A stretch of 64,000 nucleotides of DNA from Candidatus Saccharimonadales bacterium (GTDB lineage Bacteria > Patescibacteriota > Saccharimonadia > Saccharimonadales > JAYRRP01): NCBI GenBank assembly GCA_041906765.1, contig JAYRIP010000004.1, positions 68,223 to 132,222 of the forward strand, given 5' to 3'. How positions within the stretch are numbered: the first letter of the stretch is position 1; each line of letters begins with the position of its first letter. The notes below the pieces were generated by a model. That model had not been told where the DNA came from, did no database searches, and was given only the letters and a program-made list of their open reading frames with translations. Made by a program: the position numbers and the translations under genes. Shown here in pieces: positions 58,513 to 64,000 of the stretch.

Positions 58513-59025
58513 TCAAAACGGCAGCGAGGTGAGGCTCACAAAGTTATTATTTATTGGCAGCACTAACTGATCATAGTGACCGGCAATTCCATGCAACTCA
58601 CTCAACGATTCAGTACGTTCATCAAACAGGTCAGGCAGGAGCGGTTCAAGCATAAGGCCAAGCCCGTGGTCTTGCCATCTGTCTACACTATCAGGATGTG
58701 CCTGTAGCTTATTCTCTGGTAATTGATCCAAAAATGGTGTCACGACCACAGTGCGAAGCTCGCCGAATCCGGTTATTTCGTGGACAATTTTAGTATCAGT
58801 TGACGCATTTTCCATTGCGTAAAAACCACTAAAGAAAAGTAGTCTCTCGCCGAATTGTCGATAGGCATAGTCAGATGCCCCTCGAACCATGGCTTCTTCT
58901 GTTTTTCCCTCTACAAATGGTAAAGAGGCGTAGATCTCAAAGAAATCTCGGGCCATATCTTCTAATTCAGATAAATCATGCGCATCCTGCAAAAGCGCAT
59001 CTTGCAGTAACATTGGCTCCATCAC
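58513..59025 (-). CDS. hypothetical acidic cytoplasmic protein
   Basis: No recognised motif. It shares a short G.YDQLV.P segment with the next gene. Confidence 0.35.
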   Translation of the reverse strand: MMEPMLLQDALLQDAHDLSELEDMARDFFEIYASLPFVEGKTEEAMVRGASDYAYRQFGERLLFFSGFYAMENASTDTKIVHEITGFGELRTVVVTPFLDQLPENKLQAHPDSVDRWQDHGLGLMLEPLLPDLFDERTESLSELHGIAGHYDQLVLPINNNFVSLTSLPF

Positions 59026-59098
59026 TCATCGCATTATATCGTACTGTTTAAAATTAGGTAGGACTACCCCTTCCCCATTGAGCTTGTGATCATTTACC

Positions 59099-59791
59099 CT
59101 ATTGCACAAAGTACCTGGACCAATTATTCCAGAGTTCTTCTGTCGACGGCAGAAATGAAGCGGCAACGACAAAGGGAAAAATTCCTGGCATTTTATAGTC
59201 ATAATTTTTTTCAAACCACTGGTACATTGTGGTTTGACGATGAGACGCCTCATCTTTGAAATGGATGTTTTGCATATCAGCAAAAACCGTGCGCTGCATC
59301 GAAAATCCATATATTGCCGGTTTATTACCGGAGGGTTTATATAGGCAAAAAGCTGCCATGGTTCGTAACGTTTTCCTTGCTGTGATTTCTGCCATCTGTG
59401 TACGCAGCTTTTCAAGAATTATCGGTTGATGAATCTCCATGAGTTTATCTTTGTACGGCATGACAAGCTGGTCATAGCCCCCTATAAAGTCATCTACTTC
59501 TGTATGCCGCAGAGGAATAGTCCGGTTGGGCGAATAGATGATCTTCTGTACAATGTCGTCACTGCTATCGTGGTGACCATTGAGGTAGACTGCCCCTATG
59601 AGCGGGCGGGGATAAGAGTATAGCAAGGGATATTTTTCAGATGGAACTCCCTCGATCTTAAATTCTTCAACATTACCTGTTTCGGCATAAATCCCCTGTG
59701 CATTCCGTCGCTCAAGATTAGGCGTAATGTCAATGATGTTTTCTGACATGTACATCATTATATGACAGCCGCCGCAAATCGAGAGAAACAT
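59099..59791 (-). CDS. hypothetical protein
   Basis: No recognised motif. The start is possibly MSENIIDIT. Confidence 0.35.
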   Translation of the reverse strand: MFLSICGGCHIMMYMSENIIDITPNLERRNAQGIYAETGNVEEFKIEGVPSEKYPLLYSYPRPLIGAVYLNGHHDSSDDIVQKIIYSPNRTIPLRHTEVDDFIGGYDQLVMPYKDKLMEIHQPIILEKLRTQMAEITARKTLRTMAAFCLYKPSGNKPAIYGFSMQRTVFADMQNIHFKDEASHRQTTMYQWFEKNYDYKMPGIFPFVVAASFLPSTEELWNNWSRYFVQ

Positions 59792-59806
59792 CCATGAGAC
59801 AAACGG

Positions 59807-60445
59807 CTATATACGCTCCAGCATATCGGTATTCCGCCGAATAAAAGTTTCGGCATCCGCCACTAAAGTGGTGCTGTCCAACTCATCGGCCGTTTTCCCG
59901 ACTTGGGATATGTAAAGCGTCTCCTTAAATATCTCCAAATTATAGCCTTTACAAAAATCAACCAGTCGCTGCATATTTGCCGGTTCTAGGACTTGCCGAA
60001 GCTCAACCTGTCTACCTGGCGTACAAAACACCTGAAAATATTTGGGGAAATCACCTTCCAATTCGGCTGGCTCCAGCAAATTATTTGACACTTTTTCTGC
60101 TAATAATTTCAAAAGCAGGCTATTTTCCCCTACCGCCACGATGTGCAGGTTGGTATTACGCGGCAATGCTATCAGTAGCATGACATTACCGGCCGAGTTC
60201 GTTAATAAATTATAGGAGTGGCCTGCTATTTTCCCTTTGGCCATTGATTGGCTGGAATCATTTAACTGCTGGGAGGAAATCACTGGATCATCATAGTGGT
60301 TGGCAACAATTATAGGTGTCACTTTATAATGCCAATAAATTGCCCTCAGCAACAAATATAATCCAAAAATACTGAGAATTATGAGTAACGGAGGTAGATC
60401 ATTTGAATTGCCATATGAAGGGATATTATTATAGTATCCACTCAT
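59807..60445 (-). CDS. hypothetical membrane-anchored protein
   Basis: An N-terminal TM (LLIILSIFGLYLLL) precedes a roughly 160-aa soluble domain. Confidence 0.35.
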   Translation of the reverse strand: MSGYYNNIPSYGNSNDLPPLLIILSIFGLYLLLRAIYWHYKVTPIIVANHYDDPVISSQQLNDSSQSMAKGKIAGHSYNLLTNSAGNVMLLIALPRNTNLHIVAVGENSLLLKLLAEKVSNNLLEPAELEGDFPKYFQVFCTPGRQVELRQVLEPANMQRLVDFCKGYNLEIFKETLYISQVGKTADELDSTTLVADAETFIRRNTDMLERI

Positions 60446-60448
60446 TTC

Positions 60449-61855
60449 TCAGATAGTCAGCACACTTGGTAGCTCATCTACTTTGATGCGTTTTTGCTCG
60501 GTAGTGTCACGGTCTCGTACCGTTACGGTATTGTCTTCGAGCGTCTGAAAATCAACAGTCACACAATACGGTGTACCAATTTCATCCTGCCGGCGATACC
60601 GTTTCCCAATATTGCCGTTGTCATCCCACATGACAAACGTATGGCTTTTTCGTAGTGCAGCGTAAACTGTCTTAGCCTTAGCAATAAGCTCCGGTTTATT
60701 TTTCAGAAGTGGAAACACGGCTATTTTCACTGGCGCTAACTGCCGGGGCAGTTTCAAATAAATCCTCTGCTCCCCATTTACTTCATCGGTCGTATAGGCA
60801 TTTGAAAGTACCGCTAATATATGACGGTCCAATCCAAATGTCGGTTCAATCACGTGAGGAATAAACGGCTGCGAGCCATCCTTTGGTCGATATTCCATAC
60901 TTTTACCAGAGTGCTCTTGGTGATTTTTAAGATCAAAATCTGTACGATAAGCCAGCCCTGTAATCTCTTGGAAACCTAAGGATGGAAATTCATAATAGCA
61001 ATCTATGGTACGTGTGCTGTAGTGAGCGCGATCCTCCGAAGGCACTTCATGCTCTTTGATTTTGTCTTCGTCCAATCCAATTTGCCGAAACCATCTGTGC
61101 ATATCAATCCGCCATTTTTCAAAGTATTTCTGCCAACTTTCAGGTTGTACAAAATACTCGAATTCCATAATCTCAAGTTCTCGTACTCGAAAGATGAAAT
61201 TGCCTGGGCTAATCTCATTCCTAAAGCTCCGTCCGATTTGAGCTATACCAAAGGGTATATTCGGATAGAAGCTATCAACGATGTTATTAAAGTTCGTAAA
61301 CATTCCTTGAGCAGTTTCTGGGCGAAGATATGTCAGCGAGTCCTCGCTCTCCACCGGCCCGATATGTGTTTGAAACATCATATTGAATTGTGCAGGCGCG
61401 CCAAGTTCATTACCTTCAGGGCTCTTGATATTTTTGTCTTTAATAACTCGTGCCATTTGCTCCAAACTCAAAGAGTCAACGTTTTGAACGCCGTTTTCTT
61501 CGAGCAAATGGTCTAAACGATACCGTCTTTTTGTCTTTACATCTTCAATAAGCGGATCATGAAAGGTTTCGGTGTGTCCAGATGCCCGCCAAACCTCAGA
61601 GTTCATTAAGATGGCAGTATCAACTTGATACATATCATCCCAACCGTCGACGAAAAATCGTAGCCACTCATTAACAATATTACGCTTGAGAAGTGTTCCA
61701 AGCGGTCCATAATCCCAAGCGCCAGCTAAGCCGCCGTAAATCTCTGATCCTTGATAAATAAAACCGCGTCGCTTTGCGAGACTTACCAAGTCTTCAAGCG
61801 TGGTATTTTGTTTTTCCATTCTCTTAAGTATCAGCAATTTGTTTACAAGAATCAA
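60449..61855 (-). CDS. glyQS: glycine--tRNA ligase (dimeric class II type)
   Basis: GFIYQGSEIYGGLAGAWDYGPLG, class II motifs 2 and 3, and the C-terminal anticodon-binding domain are present. The start is probably MEKQNTT at 61819. Confidence 0.9.
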   Translation of the reverse strand: MILVNKLLILKRMEKQNTTLEDLVSLAKRRGFIYQGSEIYGGLAGAWDYGPLGTLLKRNIVNEWLRFFVDGWDDMYQVDTAILMNSEVWRASGHTETFHDPLIEDVKTKRRYRLDHLLEENGVQNVDSLSLEQMARVIKDKNIKSPEGNELGAPAQFNMMFQTHIGPVESEDSLTYLRPETAQGMFTNFNNIVDSFYPNIPFGIAQIGRSFRNEISPGNFIFRVRELEIMEFEYFVQPESWQKYFEKWRIDMHRWFRQIGLDEDKIKEHEVPSEDRAHYSTRTIDCYYEFPSLGFQEITGLAYRTDFDLKNHQEHSGKSMEYRPKDGSQPFIPHVIEPTFGLDRHILAVLSNAYTTDEVNGEQRIYLKLPRQLAPVKIAVFPLLKNKPELIAKAKTVYAALRKSHTFVMWDDNGNIGKRYRRQDEIGTPYCVTVDFQTLEDNTVTVRDRDTTEQKRIKVDELPSVLTI

Positions 61856-61873
61856 GCCACCGTCGTTACCAAC

Positions 61874-62437
61874 TTAATCTTCTGATTCTTTCTCAGTGCC
61901 GTTACGCCTCGCCTTTTTTATTAAACCGTTCATTATACCCTGCAGCTCCTGAGCCTCAATTTCCCCTACTAATCCGTGGAAGAGTTCAGGCGTGACGGTG
62001 CTATCATTTGGCCCGGTTGATCTTTTCCAATAGATTTGGGGTTTATCGCTGCTCGTAGTTTCCAGCAGATACATAAGGTATTGTTTACCTTCTTCATGCT
62101 TTGCAATCAGTTGAGGCAATCCATCAACTGCAAGTTCAGCCACATCATACTCATCTTCACTGGTAAGCCGCTGAAGCATTAATTTGGCATTCCAGCCATA
62201 TTCGTATGGGTCGTCCGGCACGTGCAACGCCAGCATGGTATCGTCTTCCGGACCAATATACTCAATCAGTGTACGTATAGGCGAGTCAAAACCCGGTAGA
62301 TAAATTGGGCTTGCATAGTAGTGGCGTTTTCCCAATAAGACACATGAATCGGCCAGCAAATCGTAAGTCTCCTCTGTCACTGGAGGGGCGAGCTCATTAC
62401 TGGCATACACAAATAACTCAGATTCTGGCGAGGACAT
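61874..62437 (-). CDS. hypothetical acidic protein
   Basis: No recognised motif. Confidence 0.35.
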   Translation of the reverse strand: MSSPESELFVYASNELAPPVTEETYDLLADSCVLLGKRHYYASPIYLPGFDSPIRTLIEYIGPEDDTMLALHVPDDPYEYGWNAKLMLQRLTSEDEYDVAELAVDGLPQLIAKHEEGKQYLMYLLETTSSDKPQIYWKRSTGPNDSTVTPELFHGLVGEIEAQELQGIMNGLIKKARRNGTEKESED

Positions 62438-62504
62438 ATTATTACCTCATTACAAATAACAATTAATTTTAATATTATTACCCTGTTTTGAAATATTTAC
62501 AAAT

Positions 62505-63197
62505 TTACAGTCGAACAAACCCTTTGCCCACGTATCGTACTAATTCGAGACAGTCGTTGGCTACAGGTTCTACGTTCTGGATCCGGCAGAGCGTAAATGG
62601 TGAAGAAACAGCGGCAGCCATACGCAAAAGCTTGATATGGTTTGGCCTGTACTGTCCGCTGGCATCCGGCCGAAAAGCCATCGCCTCACCTATTTCAAAC
62701 TTATAGCGGCTAGCGGTTGTTCGGCGCACATGCAAGGAAGGCAAATGTCCGCTGAGTTTTAGGAATTGTAGCCAAAACCACAAACCAATTAAGTCGCTGT
62801 CCAACGACTCGTCATTCAGCGCAACAAGCGTTGCATGCAACATATCATAGTACTCTTGTCCACCTGCACCTTCCGTCGCTCGGTCAATAGTTTTTAGAGC
62901 CTCATAACCTAGCCGCATACGATCTGTATCCTTAATAATATTGCCAAAATGAGAAGCGAGCCTTGAAGAAATCAGAGTATATATTTCTCCACGTCCTTTC
63001 ATGAGGGTAATATTACTAACACTGAAAAGCTCGATGCCACCGGCGAGTTTGCTTTTAGTCCTCCTCACCCCTTTTGCAATCAACCTCAACTTGCCAAGGT
63101 CTGGGGTGATAGCAACTAATATGCGATCTGCTTCAGCGAAATTAATACGCGATAATACAATCGCCGAGGTAACTATTTTGTTCATGCCGCCTGACAC
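62505..63197 (-). CDS. recO: DNA repair protein RecO
   Basis: The N-terminal OB-fold pattern AIVLSRINFAEADRIL..LGKLRLIAKG and the C-terminal helical domain support this. Confidence 0.65.
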   Translation of the reverse strand: MSGGMNKIVTSAIVLSRINFAEADRILVAITPDLGKLRLIAKGVRRTKSKLAGGIELFSVSNITLMKGRGEIYTLISSRLASHFGNIIKDTDRMRLGYEALKTIDRATEGAGGQEYYDMLHATLVALNDESLDSDLIGLWFWLQFLKLSGHLPSLHVRRTTASRYKFEIGEAMAFRPDASGQYRPNHIKLLRMAAAVSSPFTLCRIQNVEPVANDCLELVRYVGKGFVRL

Positions 63198-63556
63198 TCA
63201 GCTGCTATCATACTAAGCAATTGGCTGAGTTTAGTGCGCGGTTTATAGTAGTAGCTCGCGTTCAGGCGTTGCCACTGTGCATTGCGTGTAATTGTTGCTT
63301 TTGGCAAGTGGCCAAGCACAAATACAGGGATATCGCGACAATCACGATATGAACGTAGCTCATAAAGAAATTCAACGCCATTATGCAAGGGTGCATCAAG
63401 CTCAACGATAATTACATCTGGTAGTTTTTGGTCAACTGCCGCAATAGCCGGCTGCGCAGTAGTTTCCCACCTCACCCGGTGACCATTAATCTGCAAAGCA
63501 TGGGTATAAATCTTCCCCAAGATAACATCTGGTTCAACCAGTAACACATCAGCCAT
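63182..63556 (-). CDS. stand-alone receiver-like domain protein with atypical active site
   Basis: REC fold with LLVEPD and PDVIIVELDAPLHNG. Aligned to the neighbouring bona fide receiver, the phospho-acceptor Asp position is occupied by Glu. Confidence 0.55.
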   Translation of the reverse strand: MADVLLVEPDVILGKIYTHALQINGHRVRWETTAQPAIAAVDQKLPDVIIVELDAPLHNGVEFLYELRSYRDCRDIPVFVLGHLPKATITRNAQWQRLNASYYYKPRTKLSQLLSMIAAECQAA

Positions 63557-63559
63557 GAT

Positions 63560-64000
63560 TCAGACGAGACTTAGTTGGCGGGCCGGTGCAAATGTCGCAG
63601 CCAAACCGGTTAATTTTTGGTGTTGTGCTACCCTCAAGCCACCTGACATATGCGCCAGTAATGCATCAGCTAAGTATACTGCTGCACCGCTACTGGCGGA
63701 ATACTGTGGAAGTGGCCGTCTCACGTTCCCCAGTAGTGCCTTTCCTCTCTGTAACATCTGCATAGCAAGTGGCGTTTCCGTTGCGGTAAATAAACCAGCA
63801 ACCGTCCCACCCCGACTTCGGTGGGAACCTAATTTAACCGACGGACGCCTTTTACCTGATTCAGTAGCTTGAGCTTCGATGAAGACATTACCAAGTGATA
63901 GTAAAGCTGCCTGCAAACTGCGTCGGTGTATTAATACCGGCTCGGTGCGTCCCCTCACATGTAGTTCTATGTCGCAATTATATTGTCGTCCCAAAGGAGA
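63560..64000 (-). CDS. hypothetical protein, possibly N-terminally truncated by the window edge (weak TsaB/YeaZ-like pattern)
   Basis: GGTVAGLFTATETPLAMQ weakly resembles GPGSFTGLRIG..A.GLA of TsaB. Confidence 0.25.
   Translation of the reverse strand, partial: SPLGRQYNCDIELHVRGRTEPVLIHRRSLQAALLSLGNVFIEAQATESGKRRPSVKLGSHRSRGGTVAGLFTATETPLAMQMLQRGKALLGNVRRPLPQYSASSGAAVYLADALLAHMSGGLRVAQHQKLTGLAATFAPARQLSLV

Noticed and set aside
59026-59415. 129-aa K/R/C-rich ORF overlapping the 3' end of the 230-aa hypothetical gene
   Set aside because: Its composition looks like a frame-shifted shadow of the longer, more natural-looking ORF.
1-64000. CRISPR arrays, rRNA genes, transposases or integrases
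   Set aside because: No regularly spaced direct repeats were found, and no 16S, 23S or 5S rRNA, IS element, integrase or recombinase was recognised in any frame. Mobile-element involvement at the tRNA-proximal island and tRNA-Glu region is therefore only inferred from composition and repeat scars.

Overview
This 64-kb window looks like chromosomal DNA from a small-genome, Gram-positive-like bacterium. The gene content fits a Candidatus Saccharibacteria/CPR-type organism: sortase plus an LPXTG remnant, a compact dcw cluster without murC-F, many membrane-anchored hypotheticals with proline-, glycine- or threonine-rich tails, and roughly 48-50% GC overall. Coding density is high on both strands.

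Housekeeping genes I recognise:
- Partial guaB at the 5' edge, followed by two tandem NRAMP metal transporters.
- A MacB-type ABC pair, xth, plsC, gltX, umuD/umuC, der, pth, rluB-like, tgt convergent with a YhhQ-type queuosine-precursor transporter, dprA and topA.
- A conserved minus-strand dcw cluster: mraZ-rsmH-ftsL-ftsI-mraY-ftsW-murG-ftsQ.
- A GH1 beta-glucosidase, glyQS and recO.
- Three tRNAs: Ser-GGA, Leu-CAA and Glu-CUC.

The most unusual locus is a roughly 3.5-kb AT-rich island at 16.7-20.2 kb, next to tRNA-Leu. It carries a consensus sigma70-type promoter driving a tightly packed three-gene operon: a deoxynucleoside-kinase-like P-loop kinase, a class I SAM methyltransferase with an unassigned 200-aa C-terminal domain, and a CYTH (triphosphate tunnel metalloenzyme) protein. 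A GreA/Rnk-like factor is transcribed divergently. I could not place this module in any described pathway or defence system.

Other points worth a second look:
- A frameshifted CDA-fold deaminase pseudogene.
- A GC-rich region between tRNA-Glu and an EEP nuclease gene that carries degenerate copies of the tRNA-Glu 3' end.
- An intrinsic terminator in the leader of the YhhQ-type transporter gene, which may mark a preQ1-type riboswitch.
- A four-copy GTGGGTA repeat array upstream of mraZ, a likely MraZ operator.
- A peptidoglycan-binding gene inserted between umuD and umuC.
- A response regulator with a roughly 290-aa disordered tail.

No CRISPR array, rRNA, transposase or integrase was recognised.
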